Source: Candidatus Campbellbacteria bacterium
GTDB lineage: Bacteria > Patescibacteriota > Minisyncoccia > Phycocordibacterales > UBA1006
Direction of reading: 5' to 3'
Assembly: GCA_002698305.1 (NCBI GenBank)
Contig: NZWR01000004.1
Span: forward strand, 164,161 to 228,160
Length of the DNA stretch: 64,000 nucleotides
The notes under the pieces are model-generated. The model was given only the letters and a program-made list of their open reading frames with translations. It ran no database searches and was not told where the DNA came from. Position numbers and translations under genes: made by a program. Below are positions 45,861 through 56,441 of this stretch, one piece after another (positions within the stretch are counted from its first letter, which is position 1; every line of letters starts with the position of its first letter).

Positions 45861-48491
45861 CTAGGTGTTTTTTTGTGTAAACGATTTTTGTATTTCAAAG
45901 ATGCTTACTGGTAATAGTGATGCTATGGCAACAATACCCCAATCTTGCCACGACAGTGGTACTGTCCCTAAGAAAGTATTAATAAATGGAACATACGTTA
46001 CAGCAAGTACTAATCCAAAGGAGATAGTAAATGCTGTAACGTGAAATGGGTTTTTGATTATATGTTGCCATGTAATTCTTCTTTTGCTCTTTACAGAAAA
46101 AGAATTAAACAACTGAGCAATCACCAAAGTAGCAAAGGCAACTGTTTGTCCATGTTGAAGCTTTATTTCACTGAAATCAGATCCAAAACGATAGCCGTCC
46201 AAAGAAATAACAAGAATAAAAGCAGCGACAACAGACAACCCTAGAACAAGACCAATTGAAAAGAGTCGTTTGTAGAATTGTTTATTTAACACTCTTGTCT
46301 GTGGATCTCTTGGCTTGCGCTTCATTATATAGGCTTCGGCTGGATCCACACCAAGCGCTATTGCTGGTAAAATATCTGTACCTAAATTTATTACCAAAAT
46401 GAGAATGGCGGTTAGAATCAATGGCAAGCCAGCAATAATAGAGAGAATAATCACCACCAACTCACCAACATTTGAAGAGAGGACATAGAGCACAAATTTC
46501 TTAAGATTGTCATAAATTCTCCGTCCTTCGTGAATAGCATCGACAATAGTACTGAACGAATCATCCAAAAGAATCAGTGTTGCTGCCTCTTTTGAAACAT
46601 CAGTTCCGGTGATACCCATAGCTACCCCGATATCCGCACGCTTAAGCGCAGGTGCATCATTCACCCCGTCACCTGTCATGGCGACTACCTCACCGTTGTG
46701 TTGCAGTGCTTCTACGATACGCATTTTTTGAGCAGGAAGACTACGAGCAAAAATAACACTTCGATCTTTATCGGAAAGCATGTCACGCAACGATTCGTCA
46801 CTGATAGATTCGAGTTCAGCACCCGAAATAACAATATGGTTTTCGGCCTCAACAATTCCTAGGTCTTCTGCAATTACCGAAGCGGTAACACCGTAATCTC
46901 CAGTAATAACAATAGTTCGTATACCCGCCGTGTTACATTTTTTTATTGCATTACGAACCTCTGCGCGTGGTGGATCAATCATCCCTGCTAAACCAATGTA
47001 GACGAGATCAGACTCAGCCTCATCTTGATTCATTTCTTCTGTGCGTGCTTTTTTATAGGCTAGCGCAAGAACACGCAAAGCTTTGCTGGCCATAGCATTG
47101 TAGCTCTCTTGTATTTCTTTTTTCTTTTTTTCAGTTAACCGTGTTACTTTGCTGCCGTTATAGTAGTAGTTACATTTTTCAAGGACATGGTCTGGACTTC
47201 CTTTTACAAACACGCGGTTAGTGCCCTCGCCGTCTTCAGCTATAACTGACATCATTTTCCTTTCTGAATCAAAAGGAAATATTTTTTGAGCAGTATATTG
47301 AGTCATACTGTCACCCACAGCTAAATACATTTTTTCAGCCATCGTTAATAATGCTGCTTCTGTGGGGTCACCTAAAATTTCGTAACCGTCTTGGTTTCTG
47401 ACGAGTTTTGCTTCGTTACAGTAATAAGCAATATCAGCTGCTCGAAGAAACTCGGAGTGGTTTAAATTTGACCCAGTAATCTCACCTTCATTCGGATTAT
47501 ATCCAACACCTGTTATGTGATACGACGCCCCATCAGATAAAATAACATCAGTAACCGTCATTTGATTTTTTGTAAGAGTCCCTGTTTTATCAGTACAAAT
47601 AGTTGATACCGTTCCAAGCGTCTCGGTTGATGAAAGCTTTTTAATAATAGCTTTTTTCTTTGCGAGCACGGTTGCCCCAAGAGCAAGTGCTACAGTAACG
47701 GTTGTCGGTAAGCCTTCGGGAACAGCTGCAATAGCAACTGAAATCGCAAAAATAAATCCTTCGCTTATTAATTCAAAAAGTGATTCATTTTCACCTATGT
47801 TTCGCAATACATGAATAACTAACAGTGCTACTGAAATTATTCCAGCCATCTTCGCAACAAAAGTTCCAATATCTTTGAGCTCTTTTTGTAGCGGCGATAC
47901 TCCCTGGCGAGTAGTAGTTGTTAGTTTTGCGATGGTTCCGAGCTCTGTTTCTGCACCAATAGAGCTAACGACATAGTAAGCAGAACCTCTGACCACAGCA
48001 GTCCCCATTAATATTGAGTCATCAACCTTTTTTTCAACAGGGACTGATTCTCCTGTTATCGCAGATTCTTCAACACGAAAAGTATGAGCAACAATAACAT
48101 CTCCATCTGCAGGAACCTTATCTCCTTCACTAAGCATTACAATATCACCTGGCACGAGGTCTCTCGTGTCTATCATTGTCTCTCGTCTATCTCGCAATAC
48201 TCGTATCTTTGGATTTATCATCTTTTGCAAAGCTTCAAGCGTTCTTTCAGTGCGGTATTCTTGAAAAAATCCAACCCCGGCATTTAACACAATAATGCTC
48301 CCAATAACAATAGCCTCGGTAATATTATGAAATGCTGAAATAACTACAGCAATTAATAAGATAATAATCAGAGTGTCTTTAAACTGATTAAGCAGCATAT
48401 GATACCATTTCTTTGTATCAGTTTTTGGCAGCTCATTATATCCATATTTCTTTCGAGCTTCTCGTACCTGGGTATTCGTGAGTCCTGTCAT
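45861..48491 (-). CDS. P-type ATPase, cation-transporting (P2/Ca2+-type)
   Basis: TGES, DKTGTLT and TGDGVNDAPAL motifs, with about 10 TM helices. Confidence 0.92.
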   Translation of the reverse strand: MTGLTNTQVREARKKYGYNELPKTDTKKWYHMLLNQFKDTLIIILLIAVVISAFHNITEAIVIGSIIVLNAGVGFFQEYRTERTLEALQKMINPKIRVLRDRRETMIDTRDLVPGDIVMLSEGDKVPADGDVIVAHTFRVEESAITGESVPVEKKVDDSILMGTAVVRGSAYYVVSSIGAETELGTIAKLTTTTRQGVSPLQKELKDIGTFVAKMAGIISVALLVIHVLRNIGENESLFELISEGFIFAISVAIAAVPEGLPTTVTVALALGATVLAKKKAIIKKLSSTETLGTVSTICTDKTGTLTKNQMTVTDVILSDGASYHITGVGYNPNEGEITGSNLNHSEFLRAADIAYYCNEAKLVRNQDGYEILGDPTEAALLTMAEKMYLAVGDSMTQYTAQKIFPFDSERKMMSVIAEDGEGTNRVFVKGSPDHVLEKCNYYYNGSKVTRLTEKKKKEIQESYNAMASKALRVLALAYKKARTEEMNQDEAESDLVYIGLAGMIDPPRAEVRNAIKKCNTAGIRTIVITGDYGVTASVIAEDLGIVEAENHIVISGAELESISDESLRDMLSDKDRSVIFARSLPAQKMRIVEALQHNGEVVAMTGDGVNDAPALKRADIGVAMGITGTDVSKEAATLILLDDSFSTIVDAIHEGRRIYDNLKKFVLYVLSSNVGELVVIILSIIAGLPLILTAILILVINLGTDILPAIALGVDPAEAYIMKRKPRDPQTRVLNKQFYKRLFSIGLVLGLSVVAAFILVISLDGYRFGSDFSEIKLQHGQTVAFATLVIAQLFNSFSVKSKRRITWQHIIKNPFHVTAFTISFGLVLAVTYVPFINTFLGTVPLSWQDWGIVAIASLLPVSIFEIQKSFTQKNT

Positions 48492-48513
48492 GTTTCTATT
48501 ATACCGTAGCCTT

Positions 48514-48547
48514 AATAAAAAAAGTTAAAGAACATTTCTTTAACTTT
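48514..48547 (-). terminator. Rho-independent terminator after msrA
   Basis: Minus strand: AAAGTTAAAGA-(5 nt)-TCTTTAACTTT followed by TTTTTATT. Confidence 0.65.
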
Positions 48548-48585
48548 CAAAAATGGTAGCAACAACATTTTTTATATCGTTCATA

Positions 48586-49104
48586 CTATTTTCCAAATAC
48601 TTGATTAAATTTTTCCATTTTAGGAGCAATCACAACCTGACAATATCCAGCTTGTGGATTTTTATTAAAGTAATCTTGATGCTCTTCTTCGGCTGGATAA
48701 AACTCTGTAAATGGTACAATTTCGGTAACAATAGGGTTTTCATACGCACCTGATTTATCAAGCTCTTTTATAAGATCTGTAATAAGCGCCATTTCTTCTG
48801 CATTATTATACAAAATAATACTTCGGTATTGAGTTCCCTTGTCTGCCCCCTGCTGATTTAATGTCGTCGGGTCATGCATCGTAAAAAATATTTCAAGTAT
48901 CTTTTTAATTCCAATAATATTTTCATCATAATCAATTTTCAATACTTCTGCGTGACTGGTCTTGCCATACGCAACCTCACCATAGCTTGGGTTTTTCTCC
49001 TCACCTCCTGCATATCCAACGGTCACCTTAACCACTCCATCTACTTTTTGAAAAATTGGGTCAAGACACCAAAAGCATCCACCTCCTAAAATAATTGATT
49101 TCAT
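48586..49104 (-). CDS. msrA: Peptide-methionine (S)-S-oxide reductase
   Basis: The GGGCFWC active site is present, with HDPTTLNQQG and YHQDY-like motifs. Confidence 0.93.
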   Translation of the reverse strand: MKSIILGGGCFWCLDPIFQKVDGVVKVTVGYAGGEEKNPSYGEVAYGKTSHAEVLKIDYDENIIGIKKILEIFFTMHDPTTLNQQGADKGTQYRSIILYNNAEEMALITDLIKELDKSGAYENPIVTEIVPFTEFYPAEEEHQDYFNKNPQAGYCQVVIAPKMEKFNQVFGK

Positions 49105-49141
49105 ATGTTAAGTATATCAAATTAAAAAACCATTACTGGTT

Positions 49142-49675
49142 TTATAATTGAGCTGTTGCAAATAAGGTTGAGAACGCACGGCAGTAAATTGAAACTGATT
49201 CATACTCATCAAGATTATATGCAGAAACATCATAATTCTGAGCTCCAATATTTCCCTTAAGTCTTGAAACGGTTACGTGTTCACCAAAATCTGCTGAGCT
49301 TGGATTTGATTTTTTATTGAGCGTTACAAAAAGATCCGGACCATTGGTTACTTCAAAATCTTCAAAACGAAGATAGGTTTTTTCTTCATCACGAATAATT
49401 TTTAATTTTCCTGCTGCTTGATGAAAATCATCTGCACCGGAAAATGTTCCAGCTTCCACTACCGACATTTCGCCCTGGCTAATTTGCATATCTTCCATAT
49501 CTTCTGAGATGGATATATCATTTCCTACGATAATATCTCCTGGAACAGCTCTATTAGCCAAATTCTCAACAGGTAACTCTTCGTTAACTGTTGTATTCGT
49601 AACAAGTGGTGAGATCAAATACCATACCAGAGCAAGCAAAGCGATGCTTATAATAATAAAAAATGTTTTTTTCAT
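49142..49675 (-). CDS. DM13-domain protein (membrane-anchored)
   Basis: A signal anchor is followed by GTFSGADDFHQAAGKLKII...YLRFEDFEVTNGPDLFVTL, a DM13 pattern. Confidence 0.7.
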   Translation of the reverse strand: MKKTFFIIISIALLALVWYLISPLVTNTTVNEELPVENLANRAVPGDIIVGNDISISEDMEDMQISQGEMSVVEAGTFSGADDFHQAAGKLKIIRDEEKTYLRFEDFEVTNGPDLFVTLNKKSNPSSADFGEHVTVSRLKGNIGAQNYDVSAYNLDEYESVSIYCRAFSTLFATAQL

Positions 49676-49699
49676 ATAATTAAGTATATCAGTAAAAAA

Positions 49700-50389
49700 C
49701 TATTCAGAGAGAATAGTTTTTACTTTTTTATAGATAGTTTCGTGTATATCTTCAATTGAAAAAATACGTCCGTCTTGGCTGCATTCTACTCGTATCCAAT
49801 TATTATTTTGAGCTATCATCTTAAGTCCCGATTCTCGTGCAGCCTCAAGGTGTTCTACATTGTTTTCATGCTGATCTCCTTGGCCTTTAAGGTATTTCTT
49901 AGACTCTTTATTCCCTTTAGTTTTAAGTAGTTTTTGCGTTATAGCAACTGAAACATCAAGATACAGGATTGCATCTGGTCGTGGGATATCAAATACCTCA
50001 TGTTCCATGGTGTCTAACCAAGCAATAAATTCACGTCTTTTATCGTCGTCATTAATTTTCCCTCCTTGGTGTATCTGATTAGAAGATACATACCGATCAA
50101 GAATAACAATGTGACCCTGCTGCAGCCATTCTTTAATGTGGTGCGACGATTCATAACGATCTGCAGCATAAATAACTGACGCGATTTTCGGATTGGTTCC
50201 AGCCCAGTCTCCATGGTCACCTTTCAAACATTCTCCAATAAACCCACCGAAGAAATTGTCATAATACCGAGGAAAATCCATCGTGTGGACAGTATGCCCA
50301 TCATTTTCTAAGCGTTTTTTTAACAAAGCTACTTGGGTTGCTTTCCCTGAGCCATCTGTCCCATCAATAACAATAAGTGTACCTTTCAT
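49700..50389 (-). CDS. tmk: Thymidylate (dTMP) kinase
   Basis: MKGTLIVIDGTDGSGKATQ P-loop and a DRYVSSN (DRY) motif. Start at ATG 50389. Confidence 0.9.
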   Translation of the reverse strand: MKGTLIVIDGTDGSGKATQVALLKKRLENDGHTVHTMDFPRYYDNFFGGFIGECLKGDHGDWAGTNPKIASVIYAADRYESSHHIKEWLQQGHIVILDRYVSSNQIHQGGKINDDDKRREFIAWLDTMEHEVFDIPRPDAILYLDVSVAITQKLLKTKGNKESKKYLKGQGDQHENNVEHLEAARESGLKMIAQNNNWIRVECSQDGRIFSIEDIHETIYKKVKTILSE

Positions 50390-50434
50390 GTCTAAATTAT
50401 AGCATGGCGAACATGTTATAATTTGCGTATGGAT

Positions 50435-50839
50435 ATGTTTGAAAAAATAGTAAGGTGGAATGAAGAGCGCGGCCTTCTTGGAAAAGAATTTGACCATCAA
50501 AAAGAAGTCTCTTTTATTCTTGAAGAACTACTTGAAAGTACTGGGAATTTTGACAGCATAAGTGCACGAGAGCGGGCCGAGCAGCTTGCTGCGGAAATCA
50601 CCCAGAATACCCAACATGATAATGAGACAATCATAGATGCCCTGTTTGATATTATGATATTTGCGACTGGGGCTATGGCAAAACTGGGATATAATCCTTC
50701 CAAGGTTATGGATGAAGGATTTAAAGAAATTAATTCACGTACGGGAAATCTGGTGGATGGGAAATTTATTAAAGATCCTCAAGCAAAAAAATACGAAGCT
50801 GATTTTAGCACGTGTTTATCAGAAAATAACCTATTATAA
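50435..50839 (+). CDS. MazG-like all-alpha NTP pyrophosphohydrolase family protein
   Basis: [13 protein letters not shown] (EExxE) and [10 protein letters not shown] (D...D) follow the all-alpha NTP-PPase pattern. Its stop lies 2 nt before the thyA ATG. Start is ATG 50435 or 50429. Confidence 0.55.
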   Translation: MFEKIVRWNEERGLLGKEFDHQKEVSFILEELLESTGNFDSISARERAEQLAAEITQNTQHDNETIIDALFDIMIFATGAMAKLGYNPSKVMDEGFKEINSRTGNLVDGKFIKDPQAKKYEADFSTCLSENNLL

Positions 50840-50841
50840 TT

Positions 50842-51678
50842 ATGAATACTGCAGACACACAATATCTTGATCTTCTTAAACAAATTAAAGAAAAAGGAAT
50901 CTACAAGGGTGACAGAACAGGAACTGGAACCCAAAGCTATTTCGGAGCTCAGTTACGTTTTAACCTATCAGAAGGATTCCCTCTTTTAACGACAAAGAAA
51001 GTTCACCTTAAATCAATTATTTATGAACTCTTGTGGTTAATCAAAGGAGATACCAACATTAAATACCTTCAAGACAACGGAGTGCGTATTTGGAATGAAT
51101 GGGCAGACGAAAATGGTGATCTCGGACCTGTGTATGGAGCTCAATGGCGAAATTGGAACAATGAAGGTATCGATCAATTGCAAAATGCTATTGATCAGAT
51201 AAAAAGTAATCCAAACGGTCGTCGGATTATTGTATCGGCCTGGAATCCAAGCGTTATGCCAGATACCAGCAAAAGCTTTTCAGAAAATGTAGCTAACGGA
51301 AAAGCCGCACTTCCACCATGCCATGCATTTTTCCAATTTTGGGTAGCTGATGGGAAACTTTCATGTCAACTATACCAACGCAGTGCTGATGTTTTTCTTG
51401 GGGTGCCATTTAATATTGCGTCGTATGCCCTGCTAACTATGATGATCGCCCAAGTTTGTGAGCTTGAGTCAGGAGATTTTGTTCATACTTTTGGAGATGT
51501 TCATATTTATAATAATTTACGTGAACAAGTTGACGAACAATTGGAGCGCGTACCACGTAAACTTCCAACCATGAAAATTAACTCTGCGATTAAAAATATA
51601 GAGGATTTTGACTATGACGATTTTGAACTCGTTGGATATGATCCTCACCCTCCAATAAAAGGAAAAGTTTCCATTTAA
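50842..51678 (+). CDS. thyA: Thymidylate synthase (ThyA, canonical)
   Basis: [58 protein letters not shown] and FGDVHIYNN are all present. Confidence 0.96.
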   Translation: MNTADTQYLDLLKQIKEKGIYKGDRTGTGTQSYFGAQLRFNLSEGFPLLTTKKVHLKSIIYELLWLIKGDTNIKYLQDNGVRIWNEWADENGDLGPVYGAQWRNWNNEGIDQLQNAIDQIKSNPNGRRIIVSAWNPSVMPDTSKSFSENVANGKAALPPCHAFFQFWVADGKLSCQLYQRSADVFLGVPFNIASYALLTMMIAQVCELESGDFVHTFGDVHIYNNLREQVDEQLERVPRKLPTMKINSAIKNIEDFDYDDFELVGYDPHPPIKGKVSI

Positions 51679-51704
51679 AAACATATAGTGATCTATGTGT
51701 TTTA

Positions 51705-52733
51705 TTATTGGGCCATTTCCCCTACCCAAACAAACTCCCATGGCTCAGGATTAGGACCTTGATTACTTACTCCTTCAGGATAACTTGGAATAAATCCATG
51801 ACGCCTGGCATTTTTAAAATTATCTTTTGATAAATATTCGTAACATTCTGTTTCAGCAAAGCTGTAGACTAGATAATCATTACCACAACCAAAGTCAACT
51901 GCATATCCAGAATGATGTTTTGAATATCCAGGAATTGAACTGACCGCGAGAACTGAATCAAGAAACGCATCATAACTTCCATCAGGAATTCCCTCTGGGC
52001 GAACAAGATTTAACTTATTTTTAAAAATAGATCTTTGAGAGGTGGAAGAACGGTATCCAGATACAAAATGAAGGCGTATATTTTCTTCTTGCATTTCATT
52101 TCTCAGTGCCTTATAAGCATCTCTTACCTCTGGTCTTATTCGCACATTCTCAAACCACACCATTTCTGATTCATCACCAAAACCACGTTGTTGATATCCA
52201 CGAATCATAGCCTTAGCAGTAATATAAATATCAACCGCTGGGATATTATAAATATACTTATTACGTATTTGAAGATTTTGTGAATTTTCAAAGCTGTCGT
52301 AAGTATCTAAAAAGTCTTGAGAACTCATGTCACGTAATTCTATTTCGGTATCTTGTTGAAGTTCCAAAGTATCTTCTCGGGAATCTAGTATTACCTGCTT
52401 TGGAATTTCTGCATGATTATTTTGAGAGTTTTCCGGGACTGCTTTTTCAGTGCTGCTATTTTCTTCTAGGATAATCTCTGGGTCAGTAGCGATATTATCT
52501 GTTTGGCTGTTTGAAACATACAGCTCTTGAGGTTGAGAATCGATAGTGAAAAAATCATCACCTGGCTGATTGAGTGTTTCTTCCTTGTCTTCATAGGCTA
52601 AAACACCAATATCATATCCGTTATGAGTATTTGCTGCAGCTCGTTTCTCATGTAGATAGATATAACTCACTAAACTAAGCCACCCTATTGCTACAAAAAA
52701 AATGAGAACTGATTTCCCACTTTGTCTGTTCAT
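51705..52733 (-). CDS. M15B (VanY-type) D-alanyl-D-alanine carboxypeptidase, membrane-anchored
   Basis: An N-terminal TM helix is followed by SGYRSSTSQ...PGYSKHHSGYAVDF...EPWEF (H-x-D...H zinc site). Confidence 0.8.
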   Translation of the reverse strand: MNRQSGKSVLIFFVAIGWLSLVSYIYLHEKRAAANTHNGYDIGVLAYEDKEETLNQPGDDFFTIDSQPQELYVSNSQTDNIATDPEIILEENSSTEKAVPENSQNNHAEIPKQVILDSREDTLELQQDTEIELRDMSSQDFLDTYDSFENSQNLQIRNKYIYNIPAVDIYITAKAMIRGYQQRGFGDESEMVWFENVRIRPEVRDAYKALRNEMQEENIRLHFVSGYRSSTSQRSIFKNKLNLVRPEGIPDGSYDAFLDSVLAVSSIPGYSKHHSGYAVDFGCGNDYLVYSFAETECYEYLSKDNFKNARRHGFIPSYPEGVSNQGPNPEPWEFVWVGEMAQ

Positions 52734-52747
52734 ATATATCTAGATTC

Positions 52748-53959
52748 TTACTTCCTGAGGATTTTGTCAATGCGCTCTGCAAGAGCAATCATATCTTTTT
52801 CTTTTTTACCTCGAGTTGTTTCTGCTGCTGTACCGAGTCTGAGCCCCGAAGGATTAAACGGTGAACGAGTATCGTACGGAATGGTATTCATGTTTACAAT
52901 AATACCTTCTTTTTCTAAACGCTCTGAAGCTTCTTTTCCTGTAAGTCCTTCTTTCCATACGTCCATCAAGAACACGTGACTGTCTGTTCCGCCACTTGTA
53001 ATACGCCAACCGCGCTTCTTTAATTCACCTGAAAGCGTTTTGGTATTTTTAATAACTTGCTCTGTGTATTTCTTAAATGACGCAGAGTCAGCTTCCTTCA
53101 AAGCTACGGCGAGGGCTGCTATTTGATTCATATGAGGTCCACCTTGCATTCCCGGAAACACTGATTTTTGAATTTGGTCAAATAATGTCGGTACTGATTT
53201 CCCTTTTTTAGTTTTCGGTGCCTTTTTCCCGACACCGTAATCTTGGCGAGCAAAAATCATTCCTCCGCGAGGGCCACGCAATACCTTATGTGTTGTTGTT
53301 GTAACAATATCTGCATACGTAAATGGTGACGGGTGCTGTCCTCCAGCAATAAGCCCTGAAATATGTGCCATATCAACCATTAAATATGCTCCGGCTGCAT
53401 CAGCAACTTCGCGCATTTTTTTAAAATTTATTTTTCGTGGGTACGCTGAGTATCCGGTAACCACAATGTCTGGTTTTTCTTTTTTGGCTATTTTCAAGAG
53501 CTCGTCATAATCAATTTTTTCATTTTTTTCACTGACTCCGTACGGGACTTGCTGCCAAAATTTTCCTGAGAATGAGACACCGTGACCATGAGTAAGATGT
53601 CCTCCATGAGCCAAAGACATTCCCATTATTTTCCCACCCTGCGGAACCAGTGCCTGATACACAGCGATATTTGCTGGTGATCCTGAGTGAGGTTGCACAT
53701 TTACTCCCCATTTTTTTGGATTTAACTTAAAAAGTTTTAATGCTCTATCAATAGCAAGGTTTTCAATTTTATCAATAACCTCATTTCCACCATAGTATCG
53801 AGCCCCAGGATACCCTTCGGCGTACTTATTGGTAGTTTCTGTTCCGAGAGCTTTTAAAACATCATCTGAAACATAATTTTCAGATGCAACTAAATTAATA
53901 ACAGATTTTTGTCTTTTCTTTTCAGCGGCGAGTAAATTTTTTACCTTAGTATCTTTCAT
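52748..53959 (-). CDS. glyA: Serine hydroxymethyltransferase
   Basis: VTTTTHKVLRGPRGG (PLP lysine), with a SENYVS motif and full length. Confidence 0.96.
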   Translation of the reverse strand: MKDTKVKNLLAAEKKRQKSVINLVASENYVSDDVLKALGTETTNKYAEGYPGARYYGGNEVIDKIENLAIDRALKLFKLNPKKWGVNVQPHSGSPANIAVYQALVPQGGKIMGMSLAHGGHLTHGHGVSFSGKFWQQVPYGVSEKNEKIDYDELLKIAKKEKPDIVVTGYSAYPRKINFKKMREVADAAGAYLMVDMAHISGLIAGGQHPSPFTYADIVTTTTHKVLRGPRGGMIFARQDYGVGKKAPKTKKGKSVPTLFDQIQKSVFPGMQGGPHMNQIAALAVALKEADSASFKKYTEQVIKNTKTLSGELKKRGWRITSGGTDSHVFLMDVWKEGLTGKEASERLEKEGIIVNMNTIPYDTRSPFNPSGLRLGTAAETTRGKKEKDMIALAERIDKILRK

Positions 53960-54012
53960 ATATTCAGTATATCAAACATCTATATAAAAAAAGTTTGTCA
54001 TAAACAAACTTT

Positions 54013-54435
54013 TTATTTCCCGGAGCTTCCAAATCTTTTTTCTCCTCTGTCACTTGTCGACAAAGTTTCAACTTCTTCAAAGCTTATAGTTTCCGTTTTC
54101 TGAATAATCATTTGGGCAACTTTATCTCCTACCTCAAAGATGTATGGTGTATCAGATAAATTGATAATTCCAGCATGAATTTCTCCGCGGTAATTAGAAT
54201 CAATCACGCCACCCATAGTTCGTAATTTATGTTTAATTGATAAACCACTTTTATCAGTAATGTAGGCATAATACCCTTCTGGAATTTCAACAGCCAGCCC
54301 AAGAGGAATAGCAACACAATCACCAGGGTTCAGTACAGTATGAGCACTTGCATACACATCCATACCCGCATCTCCGCGATATGCCTGAAATGGCGTTGGT
54401 AACTCTTGATTTAGTTTTTTAATTTTGATTTTCAT
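54013..54435 (-). CDS. dut: dUTP diphosphatase (trimeric dUTPase)
   Basis: GDAGMDVYA, GVIDSNYRGE and a C-terminal RGEKRFGSSG motif. Confidence 0.92.
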   Translation of the reverse strand: MKIKIKKLNQELPTPFQAYRGDAGMDVYASAHTVLNPGDCVAIPLGLAVEIPEGYYAYITDKSGLSIKHKLRTMGGVIDSNYRGEIHAGIINLSDTPYIFEVGDKVAQMIIQKTETISFEEVETLSTSDRGEKRFGSSGK

Positions 54436-54910
54436 AGCTCTGGACTTCTGTATGTATAAGCTGATACTCTATTTTCGCTTCATCGAATATTTCTTTAGAA
54501 CGCTGTGCTCTATGATAATCATGTAACGCTACAACACGCTGTATACCAGCGTTAATAATTAATTTCGAGCAGATGTAACATGGCATCATTTTACAGTAGA
54601 GTGTCCCTCCTTCAATAGAGACGCCATGACGAGCAGCAGATGTAATAGCATTTTGTTCAGCATGTGTCGTTCGAATACAGTGCTGCGATTCACTTCCGTC
54701 TGCATGAGTTATGGTGTGGAGCTCATGACCAACATCATCACAGTGAGCAATTCCCGATGGGGCTCCTGCATACCCTGTTGCTAGAATTCTATTCTTCCGC
54801 GTTATTACCGACCCAGCCTGCCCGCGGTCACAGGTTCCACGCTTTCCGACAGCGAGCATTATTTCAATAAAGTATTCATCCCAATTAGGCCGTGTATTAG
54901 AGCTGTTCAT
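54419..54910 (-). CDS. Deoxycytidylate (dCMP) deaminase
   Basis: HAEQNAI and PCYICSKLI zinc motifs, with ComEB/dCMP-deaminase length. It overlaps dut by 17 nt. Confidence 0.88.
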   Translation of the reverse strand: MNSSNTRPNWDEYFIEIMLAVGKRGTCDRGQAGSVITRKNRILATGYAGAPSGIAHCDDVGHELHTITHADGSESQHCIRTTHAEQNAITSAARHGVSIEGGTLYCKMMPCYICSKLIINAGIQRVVALHDYHRAQRSKEIFDEAKIEYQLIHTEVQSYENQN

Positions 54911-54969
54911 ATATTCTATTATATGAAGTATTTGATAAATCTAAAACCCCACCGTGATATAATCAAACT

Positions 54970-55500
54970 ATGTTGAGTTTCTTAAAAAAATTTCTTCCAA
55001 AGAAACAGTCAAAAATAATCATAATTGCTGCCATCCAGAATGACCGCGGTATTGGTTACCAAGATAATCTTATTCACCATATCAAAAAAGATATGCAGCA
55101 TTTTGTGAACCAAACGACAGGTCACACGGTAGTAATGGGACGAAAAAATTGGGAAACAATTCCAGAAAAATTTAGACCCTTTAAAAACAGACAGAGTATT
55201 ATCATTACGCGAAATAAAAATTACACCGCAGCAGGTGCTCTGGTCACGCATTCTCTTGAAGAAGCAATCATAAAAGCAAGTTCAGAGAAAATTTACATTA
55301 TTGGTGGTGGTGAAATCTACAAACAAGTATTGGCGTATGCTGATACGCTTGACCTCACCATTATTAATGCTAATAAACCGGCTGATACGTTCTTTCCTGA
55401 ATTTGAAAACAAATTTAAGGTGGTACAGAGCTCAGAGGAAATGTATGACGAAGAATCTCATACATCATATATATTTACGGTGTGGGAAAAGAAAAAGTGA
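54970..55500 (+). CDS. folA: Dihydrofolate reductase
   Basis: IAAIQNDRGIG, VVMGRKNWETIP and IIGGGEIY motifs. Confidence 0.9.
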   Translation: MLSFLKKFLPKKQSKIIIIAAIQNDRGIGYQDNLIHHIKKDMQHFVNQTTGHTVVMGRKNWETIPEKFRPFKNRQSIIITRNKNYTAAGALVTHSLEEAIIKASSEKIYIIGGGEIYKQVLAYADTLDLTIINANKPADTFFPEFENKFKVVQSSEEMYDEESHTSYIFTVWEKKK

Positions 55501-55523
55501 TATACTAATAAAAATAGCTAATT

Positions 55524-55883
55524 ATGTTCGAACAACTTCATGCTCGATATCACGTAACTTCATCTATGTGTCATGATTTACTTGTATGTATGATTTTTGA
55601 TAACGATGAGCAAGACTGTAGTGAGTTCTTAATCATAACCAATGATTCATTTCAAGTTGGCTTTGAAAATGCCCGGGTTATATGTTTTGATTTTTGGGAT
55701 CAAAACACAATTGAACTACTGACAAGTAACGAAAAGCAAAGACATTGGCTTTTTTATAAAGACACTCGCTCATACATTCAAATTTCTGAAGATGATGCAA
55801 CAATATTTAAACATGCATTGACTGAATTCAAGAGCTCAGAAAATGAACTAGATGATAATCACGAGTTGGTATATTTCAATTAA
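55524..55883 (+). CDS. Hypothetical protein
   Basis: 119-aa ORF followed by a terminator. I recognise no family. Confidence 0.4.
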   Translation: MFEQLHARYHVTSSMCHDLLVCMIFDNDEQDCSEFLIITNDSFQVGFENARVICFDFWDQNTIELLTSNEKQRHWLFYKDTRSYIQISEDDATIFKHALTEFKSSENELDDNHELVYFN

Positions 55884-55885
55884 CT

Positions 55886-55906
55886 AAAGGCGCTAAGGCG
55901 CCTTTT
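55886..55906 (+). terminator. Rho-independent terminator
   Basis: AAAGGCGC-taag-GCGCCTTT followed by T. Confidence 0.65.
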
Positions 55907-55912
55907 AAATGT

Positions 55913-55941
55913 CTTAAAAAAGAAAAACCGCTTTCGCGATT
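55913..55941 (-). terminator. Terminator immediately after rplK
   Basis: Minus strand: AATCGC-GAAA-GCGGTT (one G-U pair, GNRA loop) followed by TTTCTTTTTT. It overlaps the rplK stop. Confidence 0.55.
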
Positions 55942-56362
55942 ATCCCTTAATCTCAATTCCAGCTGATCGACATGATCCGGCAACAATTTTCTTTGCTGCC
56001 TCAATATCATGTGCGTTCAAGTCTGGCATTTTAATTTCAGCAATTTCAGTAAGCTGAGCATCAGTAATTGAACCCACTTTTTTCGTGTTTGGTTTTCCTG
56101 ATCCTCCTTTCAAGCCTGCGGCCTTAAAGATAAGCCCTGCTACAGGGGGTGTTTTAAGAATGAAATCAAATGTTCGATCTTCGTATACATTTACAACGAC
56201 TGATAGTTTGTTACCCATTTGATCTTGAGTAGCTGCGTTGAATTGATTTACAAATTCTCCAATATTGATTCCTGCTTGTCCAAGTGCTGGTCCAAGTGGT
56301 GGTGCTGGATTTGCTTTTCCTGCATCAATTTGAAGTTTTAGTTGTTTTACAAGTTTTGCCAT
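55940..56362 (-). CDS. rplK: 50S ribosomal protein L11 (uL11)
   Basis: 140 aa ([26 protein letters not shown]). Confidence 0.96.
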   Translation of the reverse strand: MAKLVKQLKLQIDAGKANPAPPLGPALGQAGINIGEFVNQFNAATQDQMGNKLSVVVNVYEDRTFDFILKTPPVAGLIFKAAGLKGGSGKPNTKKVGSITDAQLTEIAEIKMPDLNAHDIEAAKKIVAGSCRSAGIEIKG

Positions 56363-56441
56363 AGTGTATTGTTTATTTCGTGTAATTCAGAAATAGAGCA
56401 CGTATCTCTGTTAATAGAAGCATTTTTCTTACTCAAGCTCG

